From: Candidatus Kaiserbacteria bacterium
Lineage (GTDB): Bacteria; Patescibacteriota; Minisyncoccia; Phycocordibacterales; UBA2100
Assembly (NCBI GenBank): GCA_028286585.1
Contig: JAQBRI010000009.1
Span: forward strand, 28,010-92,009
Direction of reading: 5' to 3'
DNA: 64,000 bases
In this document: positions 33,810 through 44,900 of the stretch, piece by piece
Layout of the letters: each line of letters begins with the position of its first letter
Position numbering within the stretch: the stretch's first letter is position 1
Program-made: the position numbers and the translations under genes
Notes under the pieces: model-generated
Told to the model about the DNA's origin: nothing
The model's input: only the letters and a program-made list of their open reading frames with translations
Database searches by the model: none

Positions 33810-34454
33810 TTATTGTGTTTTGAAGGATGTTGGCCATGTCACTTGGACATTGCCGTTTGCGTCTCTTGTGTAGATCACATAATAGTATGTGGTATTTGAG
33901 GCCAAGTTCGAAATGGTAACGTCTTGTACGTTTTTGAGTGATGTGTCGGTGCTTGCTGCGCTGCCGTTGACGGTAACATCATTTGAGTTCTCGGTCATAA
34001 CGAGAGGTGAAGTACTGTAATAAACGGTTCCCTGCGCTGGCTTGTTGGTCTGCCAATGAATAATCGCATATCCCTGTCCTGTAGTGCTTACAGTAGCATT
34101 AGAGATAATAGGAGCACTTGTGATATTGGTAGTGCCTCCCATCTGCGTGTTAATTAGGCCGAGGGTAAGCGGGCCAACCCGACCTACTGCAGGAAGTCCA
34201 TTTCGCGTTTGAAAACGAGAAACTGCCGAAGCCGTTAAAGATCCAAAATAACCGGTAACCAACCCTTGTGGGTAAAGTGACGAATCTGCTGCGAGAAATG
34301 TCTGGAGTGAAGAAACATCACTACCACTCATTCCAACATCCAGCTGGCGAGTGAGCGTATCAGCATATGCATACGACGATAGAGCAACTATCATTGCTAC
34401 TCCGAACAAGGTCGAGAGTATTGTGGTTCGTTGAGAAATACTGTTTGTTTTCAT
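33810..34454 (-). CDS. secreted peptidoglycan-binding domain protein with C-terminal beta-sandwich (FN3/Ig-like) domain
   Basis: 214 aa with a signal peptide. 'VTGYFGSLTASAVSRFQTRNGL' is PG_binding_1-like, and 'YAIIHWQTNKPAQGTVYY...NTTYYYVIYTRD' is FN3-like. Confidence 0.7.
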   Translation of the reverse strand: MKTNSISQRTTILSTLFGVAMIVALSSYAYADTLTRQLDVGMSGSDVSSLQTFLAADSSLYPQGLVTGYFGSLTASAVSRFQTRNGLPAVGRVGPLTLGLINTQMGGTTNITSAPIISNATVSTTGQGYAIIHWQTNKPAQGTVYYSTSPLVMTENSNDVTVNGSAASTDTSLKNVQDVTISNLASNTTYYYVIYTRDANGNVQVTWPTSFKTQ

Positions 34455-34741
34455 ATTATTATATTAATTGAATAAATTACAAGACGTATGGAACATGTTG
34501 TGTTTCATCGGTCTCATATTGTGAAGACGGCCGAGATACGTTCTCATGACAACCATTTACATTTACTGTATCAATTGCACTACAACTGCAATAAGGACAA
34601 GGATCAAAAGTAAATGGATGAGGTTGCCACCCACATGGAACCCAAAGCCCAAGAGCCAAAGAACTAAAAGTACAACCGCTATAGTCCAAAGCATAAAAGT
34701 ATATGATTAATTAATAATATGAACGGATTGAAGTATTAAAT

Positions 34742-35293
34742 CTATTTTCCCAGAATCAGATCGAGCGCCTTGCTTGGCACGGTGTTGTATCCCATATAAA
34801 AGATTACGAGGTTATCTTTGGTATAAATATGGACCATCGATCCCCATGCATTTTGCTGGGAGTTCTTGCTATACATCGCGCGAAGCTTAAGAGCATCTGC
34901 CGAGGCAAGAGAATTATTTGGATACTCAAAGATTTGGATATTATCACCATGAACAGTAAAGAGTGTTCCTGGTACAGAAAGATTGGTTTTGTGAACCGTC
35001 ATAACTGGATTGAGATTCAAACCGTTTTGCTGCAACTGTGTCAGTAATGCTTGTGTTCCTGGTCCAACAACAACTTGCTGTTTTTGAGTACTTTCTACAG
35101 ACTGCACTCCTAGCGGGTTTGCGACGATGTTTAATACAAGCACTATGGCGGAGACCGCGATTACAAGACTCACCAATGCTGCATACAGAATAATGTTTCG
35201 TCGTACAAGTATCGATTCTCTGAATTGACCAAAAAAGGTATCCCGCCGACCTATCGCAAGAGTGGATAGTTTGATTGGTAGTGCTTTTGCCAT
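34742..35293 (-). CDS. hypothetical single-pass membrane protein
   Basis: The ORF extends to 35380; the likely start is ATG 35293 (MAKALPIK...). It has one TM helix ('IILYAALVSLVIAVSAIVLVLNIV') followed by an extracytoplasmic domain. Confidence 0.55.
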   Translation of the reverse strand: MAKALPIKLSTLAIGRRDTFFGQFRESILVRRNIILYAALVSLVIAVSAIVLVLNIVANPLGVQSVESTQKQQVVVGPGTQALLTQLQQNGLNLNPVMTVHKTNLSVPGTLFTVHGDNIQIFEYPNNSLASADALKLRAMYSKNSQQNAWGSMVHIYTKDNLVIFYMGYNTVPSKALDLILGK

Positions 35294-35482
35294 AAGAATT
35301 AAATATAGAGTTGGAAGATTTTGCCAATAACGACAGTCGACCTCTATCTGTAACCTATGTCGGATCAAACACAAATACATTACAAGATGATTCTTGGTTA
35401 ACTTGCATATCTTATTTATTTCGGTACTCTCACACTCAGTCTTGGTATGAATTTAGGTCTTTGGCACATAGGGAGCCTACAC

Positions 35483-36067
35483 ATGGGGAAAGACAAGAAA
35501 GCTGAGCAGCGGAGGCTCGCGATCATTGGAGCTCGAAAACAGCTCGCTGAAGGTACATGGCCAAAGGTAATGACCGTATTTGAGTATTTGAACCCAAAAG
35601 CACCGCGAACGCCTGCCGAGGAATTCGCGCGACTCAAGTCATTCTACGAACATGCAGCTTTGCCAAATATGACTGTCTTCGTCGACCTGCTAAGCTTTGC
35701 GGAAAAAGAGCATAACGTGACGATATCGTACAACCTGAGTATGTGCTGGCGTCACCTTCCCGAGAATGCGCCGCCAGAATCTATTACTACAGAAGAGGCA
35801 ATGGCGTTTTTGTCCTGTCCAGATGTTTTGGTAGGAACTCGCAATGGAAGTGAAGGCGCGGCAGTTTGGCTCAGGCATTTCTCTGAAGCAATCCCTAAGA
35901 TAGCGCCGGAGCCTATCCAGGTATGGGATAAAATTTTCGGCGAGGCCGTTGAACTTCTCAAAAAGCAGCCACGTAAAGTAAGCATTGAAGATATTGTCAA
36001 TGCGGTGTTTTTAGGTGAGGACGAGGATTTAAATTTCCTTAAGTCCTCCAAGCCCACGATACAATAA
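35483..36067 (+). CDS. hypothetical protein
   Basis: The ORF starts at 35447. ATG 35483 is preceded by GGGAG 8 nt upstream. It is followed by a terminator, and no family was recognised. Confidence 0.55.
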   Translation: MGKDKKAEQRRLAIIGARKQLAEGTWPKVMTVFEYLNPKAPRTPAEEFARLKSFYEHAALPNMTVFVDLLSFAEKEHNVTISYNLSMCWRHLPENAPPESITTEEAMAFLSCPDVLVGTRNGSEGAAVWLRHFSEAIPKIAPEPIQVWDKIFGEAVELLKKQPRKVSIEDIVNAVFLGEDEDLNFLKSSKPTIQ

Positions 36068-36071
36068 AACA

Positions 36072-36107
36072 CGCCGCCAACTCCGAGGAGCTGGCGGCGC
36101 ATTTTTA
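36072..36107 (+). terminator. rho-independent terminator
   Basis: gccgccaactcc / ggagctggcggc stem with one mismatch, followed by gcattttta. Confidence 0.7.
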
Positions 36108-36145
36108 TGTAACATTGATTACTTAAAACAAATTCTTTTTGGAAC

Positions 36146-36562
36146 TTAGAACATGCTCATTACCGCTGCAAGAATCATCAAACATCCGAGTGATCCTACA
36201 GCCATAATTCCAAATTTTGTAACGATCCACTTTGGCTCAGTGCCTCCAAAAAGAATTGCACTTACCTGTGTTGGTACAACAAAACCTAACCAGAAAAATC
36301 CTGCGAGTCCATAGATATTCCAGTCGGTTGGAAATCCGGTAAGCAAAATTGCGAATACCGTTGATGTCACTATAGTTACAAGAAACTGGCCCACAAGCAG
36401 CTTCCACATTCCCTTCATCATTTCCTTTTGCTCTTCTGGCGTATGCTTTTCAAACCCATGCATGGTTCCCCACATCTTGCCAAATATCGGACCATACCAA
36501 ATTGCTCCAAAAATAAACTGCAGCACTGTTGCGATAAGAATCGCCATATATGGTAAAGCCAT
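36146..36562 (-). CDS. DUF1761 family membrane protein
   Basis: 138 aa with 4 TM segments. The N-terminus 'AILIATVLQFIFGAIWYGPIFGKMWGTMHGF' matches the DUF1761 pattern as I remember it. Confidence 0.6.
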   Translation of the reverse strand: MALPYMAILIATVLQFIFGAIWYGPIFGKMWGTMHGFEKHTPEEQKEMMKGMWKLLVGQFLVTIVTSTVFAILLTGFPTDWNIYGLAGFFWLGFVVPTQVSAILFGGTEPKWIVTKFGIMAVGSLGCLMILAAVMSMF

Positions 36563-36618
36563 AATTTACAATTATATTATTTCCCTTATTAGTATGCCCT
36601 CAGTATATACCACAAATA

Positions 36619-38118
36619 TTAGCCCTCAGAATCAACATCTTTGATTGTTTGGTCGATATAGGTCTGTGCATGTATCAGACGTTCCTGCACCTTTTTTATA
36701 TATGCAGCATCCTCTGGAGCAAGCGTAGTCGCAGCATTACTCTTTTCGAGATCATTCTTTTGCTGTTCCAGTCCCTGTTTAATATTCAAGAGCTTTTCGT
36801 GCGTATCATTTTTAACTTTTTTTACTTCTTCGCTCATGTCTTTGCTGCGTAGTTTTTCGGAGCGACGTAAACGATTCCAGAGGACGAAGTTCATCAACAA
36901 GGAGAGAAGCGAGAGGAGTAATGCTGCCGGTAGTTCGAGTGATCCGTAATTAAATGTCCGAACTTGATCGAAGAAATTCGACTGTGCCGTATGCGCTATC
37001 GGCACCACAAAAGATAATTGATCGGAATCTGCGTAATTACCCGCATTATCAAACACTCGAAGGACTGCGGTATGCGTGCCGACCGACGATGTAACTGGAA
37101 TTCGGACAAAACCGCTTGCAAACTGTGCCTGAGATAATGTGTCAGTTGTCGTACCATCAATCAGCACCTGGTAGGTATTGATACCAGCATATGCATCCTC
37201 TGCGCTTGCCTGAATAAAGAGCGCACTACTTGTTGCATCATACGTAATGAGGGAATTAAGTACTGGAGCAGATGTGTCGATTTGGAGACGATATGACTTG
37301 ACACTACTCCAGCCGGCAGGCGTATGTGCACGAATATTAAAATACCAAACACCATCATTCACTGGATCAAATGTTTTTATTGAAATAGGCGAGTGATACA
37401 CCGCGGTTGGAATTTTACCGCTAGTTTGACTTAATTCTGCCTGCACTGAATCGATGTCACTTGAGACGGTCCATGATATTGCTGGAGACGCATTTGCATA
37501 CCAAACGCTTTCAGATGGATGCGTTGGTGATGAAATATCAATTGTTGTCGTCTCAGCTGCTGGCTTTACTGTACTTTTGACCGGTAGAACCGTTGGCTTA
37601 ACAACAGGAGAAGCAGGCGCCTTGGTTGCTGCTTCAGAAATACTAATGGTCGAGCTTTGTGATGAGCGAAGCACGTCGGTACCAAGACCATCGTTTGCGC
37701 GGACAGCACCGCCCACAACTGACACCGCAGCGCTACCGGCAGATTTTGCACGCAGCGTGACATTGAAAAGCCGTCCGTTTGTACCCTGATAACCCGGTGA
37801 TGGCACGCCGCCGTTAAACGTCACGCCGCCGTTACCGTCGGATGCTGGAGCGTCAATCCAAAGCGTGAACAAAGAAACATCTTTATTTATTGAAACAAGA
37901 TCGAACTTATCTCGTGGATATATAAGTGTGCCTTCTCCGCTATTTATTGCAACTCCTTCGCTATTAACGACAATACCCAAAGTCACAGTTGAACCAATAG
38001 TGATCGAACTTGCGCTAGGGACTATTGAGAGAATCGCAGCATACGACTGTGATGTACCGAGTACAGATAGTAGCAATACAAAAAATAAAATGCGTCCTGA
38101 AATATTAAAGCGTTGCAT
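36619..38118 (-). CDS. membrane-anchored cohesin-like domain protein (long form, cytoplasmic coiled-coil tail)
   Basis: The ORF extends to 38154; the likely start is ATG 38118 (MQRFNISGRILFFVLLLSVLGTSQSYA looks like a signal peptide). The cohesin-like module is 'ILSIVPSASSITIGSTVTLGIVVNSEGVAINSGEGTLIYPRDKFDLVSINKDVSLFTLWIDAP...GGVTFNGGVPSPGYQGTNGRLFNVTLRAKSAGSAAVSVVGGAVRANDG'. After it come a Pro/Thr linker, two Ig-like modules, a TM helix ('LELPAALLLSLLSLLMNFVLW') and an ~95-aa K/E-rich tail. It overlaps the upstream gene by 14 nt. Confidence 0.65.
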   Translation of the reverse strand: MQRFNISGRILFFVLLLSVLGTSQSYAAILSIVPSASSITIGSTVTLGIVVNSEGVAINSGEGTLIYPRDKFDLVSINKDVSLFTLWIDAPASDGNGGVTFNGGVPSPGYQGTNGRLFNVTLRAKSAGSAAVSVVGGAVRANDGLGTDVLRSSQSSTISISEAATKAPASPVVKPTVLPVKSTVKPAAETTTIDISSPTHPSESVWYANASPAISWTVSSDIDSVQAELSQTSGKIPTAVYHSPISIKTFDPVNDGVWYFNIRAHTPAGWSSVKSYRLQIDTSAPVLNSLITYDATSSALFIQASAEDAYAGINTYQVLIDGTTTDTLSQAQFASGFVRIPVTSSVGTHTAVLRVFDNAGNYADSDQLSFVVPIAHTAQSNFFDQVRTFNYGSLELPAALLLSLLSLLMNFVLWNRLRRSEKLRSKDMSEEVKKVKNDTHEKLLNIKQGLEQQKNDLEKSNAATTLAPEDAAYIKKVQERLIHAQTYIDQTIKDVDSEG

Positions 38119-38974
38119 ATTTTTTGCGGCGATATTGTAGCCAGATAAAAACAATCACCAACAAAATGAGTATAACACCTCCAATCAATACAAATTGCGT
38201 AGAAGATTGGGGAGAATATATTATTTTTACAACACTGTTTCCCGCGACATCAGTGGCGCGTACTCGTAACTCCGACATTCGTGTCTGATCAAGGAGCACG
38301 TAGTAACGGTCTGCGCGCACATACTCGTTTGAACCTTCTTGCACTTCATAGTACGCAATACCGCTACCACTATCTTGTGCAAAAAACGTCAGGAAATACT
38401 GATTGTTAAATAATGAAGGATCACGTCCTACTTCCACCGTAACAAACTCAGGTGGTGTCGTATCACTGAGTACGGACGATGTTGCGGTCGTGCTACTTTC
38501 AATACTAATACTTTGTGTAAATGGTTGTACTGCTACAGGTGTTCCTGAGCCATTGTCACTATATGCAACAACTTTGTTTGCAGAAAGTGTAATGTTTCCA
38601 GACGCCGCAACATGAGCAGTAAACGAAAAAAGAATTTTATCTTGATGAGCGGCAATACCTGTCTGCACACCTCCCAAAAAGTCGATAGTATGCGTATTAA
38701 CAACAAAATGCGGTGTGTCCGGCCACAGTGTCATAACAGACCCTCCGGTAGTTACAGAGTCAACTGATACATTCTGCGGAATCGAAAGAGAGCCTTCTAT
38801 TGCATTGATTGCATCATTATCGGTCGCAATATGAACCTCCGCTGTAAATTTCTGTCCGATGGCAGGAACTGATGGATTGAGCATTACCGTGAGATGCGCA
38901 GCATACGCGCTTGTTGGCAGCCGAAAGCTTAAGAATAAAAGAGCGAGAAATAGAGAGGTTAGATATTTTTTCAT
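38105..38974 (-). CDS. membrane-anchored cohesin-like domain protein (short form)
   Basis: 289 aa with a signal peptide (MKKYLTSLFLALLFLSFRLPTSAYA). The cohesin-like module is 'LTVMLNPSVPAIGQKFTAEVHIATDNDAINAIEGSLSIPQNVSVDSVTTGGSVMTLWPDTP...IDFLGGVQTGIAAHQDKILFSFTAHVAASGNITL'. After it come an Ig-like module and a C-terminal TM ('FVLIGGVILILLVIVFIWLQYRRKK'). It starts 18 nt after the giant gene's stop. Confidence 0.65.
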   Translation of the reverse strand: MKKYLTSLFLALLFLSFRLPTSAYAAHLTVMLNPSVPAIGQKFTAEVHIATDNDAINAIEGSLSIPQNVSVDSVTTGGSVMTLWPDTPHFVVNTHTIDFLGGVQTGIAAHQDKILFSFTAHVAASGNITLSANKVVAYSDNGSGTPVAVQPFTQSISIESSTTATSSVLSDTTPPEFVTVEVGRDPSLFNNQYFLTFFAQDSGSGIAYYEVQEGSNEYVRADRYYVLLDQTRMSELRVRATDVAGNSVVKIIYSPQSSTQFVLIGGVILILLVIVFIWLQYRRKKYATL

Positions 38975-38992
38975 AGTGATAGTAAGTCGGAA

Positions 38993-41900
38993 TTATTTCT
39001 TCCAATGATACAGCAATATTGAGAAGTCGACTGAATCTACCTTTCCGTCGTGATTGAGGTCGACTTTATTATTTTTAAAAGGTGGCTTCGTCTTCCAATA
39101 TGCGAGAAGTATTGAGAAATCGATTCCATTCACTTTTCCATCTCCGTTGATATCGCCAATCACTTCAGTTGTAGCTGCTGGGGTAGCCACAGGTGGAGAA
39201 TTATCTCCTCCGCCTCCCCCACCTCCTCCACCTCCGCCACCGCCACCTCCATTACCTGGGTTTTGTACGGGAGCAGCAATTGCAGTAAATGACTGACTTG
39301 CACTTGATGATGCTGATCCATATTGTACTGCTACATGGAACCAATACGTTCCAATAACGGGAACAGTTGAAGAAAGTGTTGTATCAAAGTTCGCACCAGG
39401 CTGAATCAGTTTTGCTGCAGTTGAACTAAAAATATCATCACCACCTCCACAAGAATTGGTTGCAGAGTCGGTAACACACCACGTGTATTGATATTCGTAT
39501 GCTATAGAACCTTCGTTTGTTATACGCACTGCTGTGGCAATGCTTGGTACCGTCAATCCACTAAAACTCTGGATCAGAACTTGTGCTGGCGCTCCCGGTG
39601 TTGCACTCACAGGAATTGTTGTCGTGCCTCGTCCAACAAGATTTTTTGCTGATATACGGAAATCATATGAATTATTGTTGGATAGACTAGTTACCATGGT
39701 TGTTGGTGTCGTACTAATACCGTCAGAAAATATAGACCATGTTCCGCCCGAAGAAAGTTTGTATTCAACTACGTAATCAGTCACAGGTGAACCACCGTTT
39801 GATATTGGCGCCGACCATGAAAGGTTGATACTGCTGTCTTGTACAATTGCGGCGAGGTTTATTGGGGCACCGGGCACACTTGCTGGCGTCGCAGCATTAC
39901 TTGTACCGGAGCTGGTACTCGTGCCAACTGCGTTTGTTGCAGTGACAGTAAATGTGTATGTTGTTCCGTTTGTGAGGCCTTGTATAGTAGCTGAAGTTCC
40001 ATTTGTTGTAGTACTAAATACTCCACCATTTGAAGTGACGGTATAGCTTGTTATAGGAGATCCTCCATTAAAACCGGGCGCAGACCACGTAAGATTTACA
40101 CTACTGTCTGCAATTGCTGCAGCAAGATTTGTTGGCGCGTCAGGAACTGTAGCTGGGGTGACCGAATTCGTTGCGGCTGATGAAATACTTGTTCCAATTG
40201 CGTTGGTTGCCGTCACTGTAAACGTGTAGGCTGTTCCGTTTGTTAAACCAGTTACCGTTATTGGTGAACTTCCGCCAGTTGCGGTGAAGTTGCCGATATT
40301 TGAAGTAACGGTATAAGACGTAATTGCAGAGCCACCGGTAAATGATGGTGGGCTAAATGTAATAGTCGCAGTACCGTCACCGCCAACTGCCGCTACGCTC
40401 GTTGGTGCACTTGGCCCACCTGCAGGTACAACCGAATTACTTGTTCCAGAACTAGTACTTGTTCCAACATTGTTTGTTGCAGTTACTGTAAAGGTGTACG
40501 TTGTTCCATTCACGAGTCCAGTAATAGTGATCGGTGAACTTCCACCTGTTGCAGTAAATCCTCCTGTATTTGATGACACGGTGTAGTTAGTTATTGCAGC
40601 ACCGCCGTTACTAACGGGCGGTGTAAAGGAAACAGTTGCTTGGCCGTTTCCAGCAACTGCAGAAATCGAAGTGGGTGCATCAGGTACTGTGGCAGGAGTA
40701 ACGGAGTTACTTGTACCCGATGAAGTACTCGTTCCAATACTATTTGTTGCAGTGACAGTAAATGTGTATGTCGTGCCATTTGTGAGACCAGTAATTGTAA
40801 TTGGTGAAGAGCCACCTGTTGCCGTAAATCCTCCTGTATTTGATGACACGGTATAGTTTGTTATTGCAGCGCCGCCGTTACTTACAGGCGGAGTAAATGT
40901 AATTGTTGCTTGGCCGTTACCACCAACGGCAGAAATACCAGTCGGAGAATTAGGAACAGTTCCTGGTATTACTGAATTACTTGCGGATGATGCGGTACTT
41001 GTTCCTGCAGCATTCGTAGCAGTGACTGTAAATGTGTACGTAGTTCCGTTGGTAAGACCGGTCACAGTGATCGGAGAAGAACCACCTGTTGCGGTAAGGC
41101 CGCCACTACTTGATGTGACAGTGTAACTCGTAACGGCAGCTCCTCCATTATTTACTGGTGGAGTAAATGTAATTGTTGCCTGACCATTACCGCTAACTGC
41201 GGTCACGCTTGTCGGCGCGTTTGGCGTCGTCGCGGGAACAACGGTGTTACTTGTGCCCGATGGCGTACTGGTTCCAACTGCATTTGTGGCAGTCACAGTA
41301 AATGTGTAGGTTGTTCCATTTGTAAGACCGGTAATTGTAATTGGTGAAGATCCGCCGCTCGCGGTGAAGCCGCCGGTGTTTGATGACACGGTGTAGTTAG
41401 TTATTGCAGAACCGTTGTTACTTCCCGGTGTAAAGGAAACCGTAGCTTGACCATTACCGCTTACTGCCGTGACAGCAGTAGGTGCATTAGGAACAGTAAC
41501 AGGAGTAACTGAGTTACTTGCGGACGACGCAGTACTGGTTCCAACATTGTTTGATGCTGTTACGGTAAATGTGTAGGTTGTACCGTTAGTAAGGCCAGTA
41601 ATTGTAATTGGGGAGCCGCCGCCTGTTGCAGTAAAGCCGCCGGTGTTTGATGACACGGTGTAGTTAGTTATTGCAGATCCCCCGTTACTGACTGGCGGAG
41701 TAAATGTGATTGTTGCTTGGCCGTTTCCAGCAACTGCAGAAACGCTTGTTGGGGCACCCGGTGCAGTCGCAGGTGTCACAGAATTGCTTAGTGTCGAGGA
41801 GGTACTTGTGCCAACGCCATTAGTTGCAGTAACGGTAAATGTGTATGCGGTGCCATTGGTAAGACCGGTCACAGTGATTGGTGAGCCACTTCCGCTTGCT

Positions 41901-44900
41901 GTAAACCCGCCTGAGTTTGATGTCACCGTGTACGTTGTGATTGCAGCACCACCGTTACTAACAGGCGGAGTAAATGTAATTGTTGCTTGGCCGTTACCTG
42001 CTGTAGCGACTGCTCCCGTAGGTGCATTTGGAACAGTTGCTGGTGTCACAGAATTGCTTAGTGTCGAGGAGGTACTTGTGCCAACGCCATTAGTTGCAGT
42101 AACGGTAAATGTGTATGCGGTGCCATTGGTAAGACCGGTCACAGTAAGTGGAGAACTGATACCAGTGACATTAAAGCCGCCAATGTTTGATGTGACCGTG
42201 TAGTTTGTAATCGCAGAACCGTTGTTACTTCCTGGTGTAAAGGTAATTGTTGCCTGACCATTTCCACCAACTGCAGTAACGCTTGTTGGAGCACTCGGGA
42301 CACCTGCCGGCGTGATTGAATTGCTTATTCCCGAAGATGTACTTGTTCCTGCAGAATTATTTGCAGTTACAGTAAACGCATAGACTACTCCGTTTGAGAG
42401 ACCGGTCACTGTGATTGGTGAAGAACCACCTGTTGCAGTAAAGCCTCCAACATTTGAAGTAACAGTGTACGTTGTGATTGCAGCACCGCCATTACTTACG
42501 GGTGGAGTAAACGAAATTGTTGCCTGCGTATCCCCTCGCACTGCTGTCACACTTGTCGGAGCATCTGGAATTGTTGCTGGAGTGACCGATGCGCTCGCAC
42601 TCGAACTAGCACTCGTTCCAACTGAGTTAGTAGCAGTTACTGTAAATGTATATGCCGTTCCGTTTGTTAAACCAGTTACCGTGATTGGTGAAGATCCGCC
42701 GGTTGCAGTAAAGCCACCTGTGTTTGAAGACACTGTATATGTTGTGATTGCAGCGCCACCGTTACTTACAGGCGGAGTAAAGGTTACGGTCACTTCTCCA
42801 TTGCCTCTCGTGACGGTTCCTATTGTCGGCGCGTTCGGAGTAGTAGCAGGAACAACCGTGTTACTCGTTGCCGATGCGGTACTTGTTCCTGCTGAGTTAG
42901 TTCCCGTTACGGTAAAGGTGTACGTTGTTCCATTTGTGAGACCAGTAATTGTAATTGGCGAAGATCCGCCGGTTGCAGTAAAGCCACCTGTGTTTGATGA
43001 GACCGTGTACGTTGTGATTGCAGATCCCCCATTACTTACAGGTGGTGTAAAGGAAACAGTTGCTTGACCATTTCCAGCGACTGCAGAAACGCTAGTTGGG
43101 GCACCCGGTGCAGTCGCCGGAGTTATTGTATTACTGGTGCCAGAATTTGTACTCGTACCGATTGCGTTTGTTTCGGTGACAGTAAATGTGTATGCCGTTC
43201 CGTTTGTTAAACCTGTTACAGTTATTGGTGAAGAGCCACCAGTTGCAGTGAAGCCGCCGGTGTTTGATGAGACTGTATAGATCGAAATACTTGAACCATT
43301 GTTATTGCCAGGTGTAAACGAAATTGTTGCTTGGCCATTTCCGGCAACTGCGGTTACGCTTGTTGGAGCACTCGGGACTCCCGCAGGTGTGATAGCATTA
43401 CTCGTACCAGAGGCGGTACTTGTTCCCGCCGAGTTAGTAGCAGTTACTGTAAAAGTATAAATCGTACCGTTGGTAAGACCGGTTATTGTAATCGGTGAAG
43501 ATCCACCAGTTGCTGTGAGGCCTCCCACATTTGATGAGACTGTGTATGTTGTTACAGCAGAGCCGCCGTTATTCACTGGCGGAGTAAACGATATGGTAGC
43601 CTGCGTGTCGCCGCGAACTGCGCTAACACTTGTCGGCGCGTCCGGTACTGTAGCTGGTGTCACCGAACTACTAGCACTCGAACTTGCGCTCGTTCCAACC
43701 GCATTTGTTGCGGTTACTGTAAACGTGTACGCTGTGCCATTCGTTAGACCTATTAGTGTTATTGGTGAAGAGCCGCCAGATGTTGTAAAGCCGCCTGTGT
43801 TTGATGAGACGGTGTAAAGAGTAATTGGTGAACCGCCTGTATTTCCTGGTGTAAAAGAAATGGTTACCTGCCCATTACCCGCCGTCCCTATTACACTAGT
43901 AGGTGCATCAGGAATTGTCGCCGGTGTCGCAGAATTTGTTGCGTTCGAGGCCGTACTCGTACCAACTGAGTTAGTAGCAGTTACTGTAAATGTGTATGCC
44001 GTTCCGTTTGTTAAACCTGTTACAGTTATTGGTGAACTACCACCTGTTGCAGTGAATCCTCCTGTGTTTGATGTAACGGTGTAGCCAGTTATTGCAGAAC
44101 CTCCGTTACTTACGGGTGGTGTAAATGTAATTGTTGCCTGAGTGTTACCACGTGTCGCGGTTCCTATAGTTGGTGCGTCTGGCACAGTTGCAGGAACCAC
44201 ACTATTACTTGTACTTGATGGAGTACTCGTTCCCAACGCACTACTTGCCGTCACTGTAAACGTGTACGTTGTTCCGTTCACAAGTCCAGTTATTGTAATT
44301 GGTGAAGAGCCACCTGTTGCAGTGAATCCCCCAGTGTTTGATGAGACCGTGTACGTTGTGATTGCAGATCCCCCATTACTTACTGGTGGTGTAAACGTAA
44401 TTGTTGCTTGGCCATTACCGCCGGTTGCAGTGACACTAGTTGGGGCACCCGGTGCAGTCGCCGGTATCACACTGTTACTAGCAATTGACGCAGTGCTTGT
44501 ACCAACGGCGTTCGTTGCCGTAACTGTAAACGAATAGGAAATTCCATTGGTAAGGCCGGTCACAACAATTGGTGAGCCACTTCCCGTTCCAGTAAAGCCG
44601 CCAACGTTTGAAGTAACCGTGTACGTTGTGATAGCAGAGCCGCCGTTATTCACTGGCGGAGTAAACGATACAGTAGCTTGAGTATCACCGCGAACTGCAC
44701 TCACGCCGGTTGGCGCACCTGGCACTGTTGCAGGAACAACACTATTACTCGTTCCCGAAGGAGAGCTTGTACCAGCGGAATTAGTAGCAGTTACCGTGAA
44801 TGTGTACGTTGTGCCATTAACAAGTCCGGTAATCGTAATCGGAGAACTTCCGCCGGTTGCGGTAAAACCGCCGGTGTTTGAAGACACTGTATATGTTGTG

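Noticed and set aside
34477-34689. A 70-aa Cys-rich ORF (TTG start) in the 287-nt gap between two minus-strand genes.
   Set aside because: It has a non-ATG start, no SD-like sequence upstream, no recognisable motif or hydrophobic or signal features, and odd composition. It might be a real micro-protein, but I cannot support it from sequence alone.
39206-39250. The poly-Gly coding tract as a phase-variation (slipped-strand) switch.
   Set aside because: The 45 nt use four different Gly codons in irregular order, so there is no homopolymer or perfect short tandem repeat. Length changes would also stay in frame.
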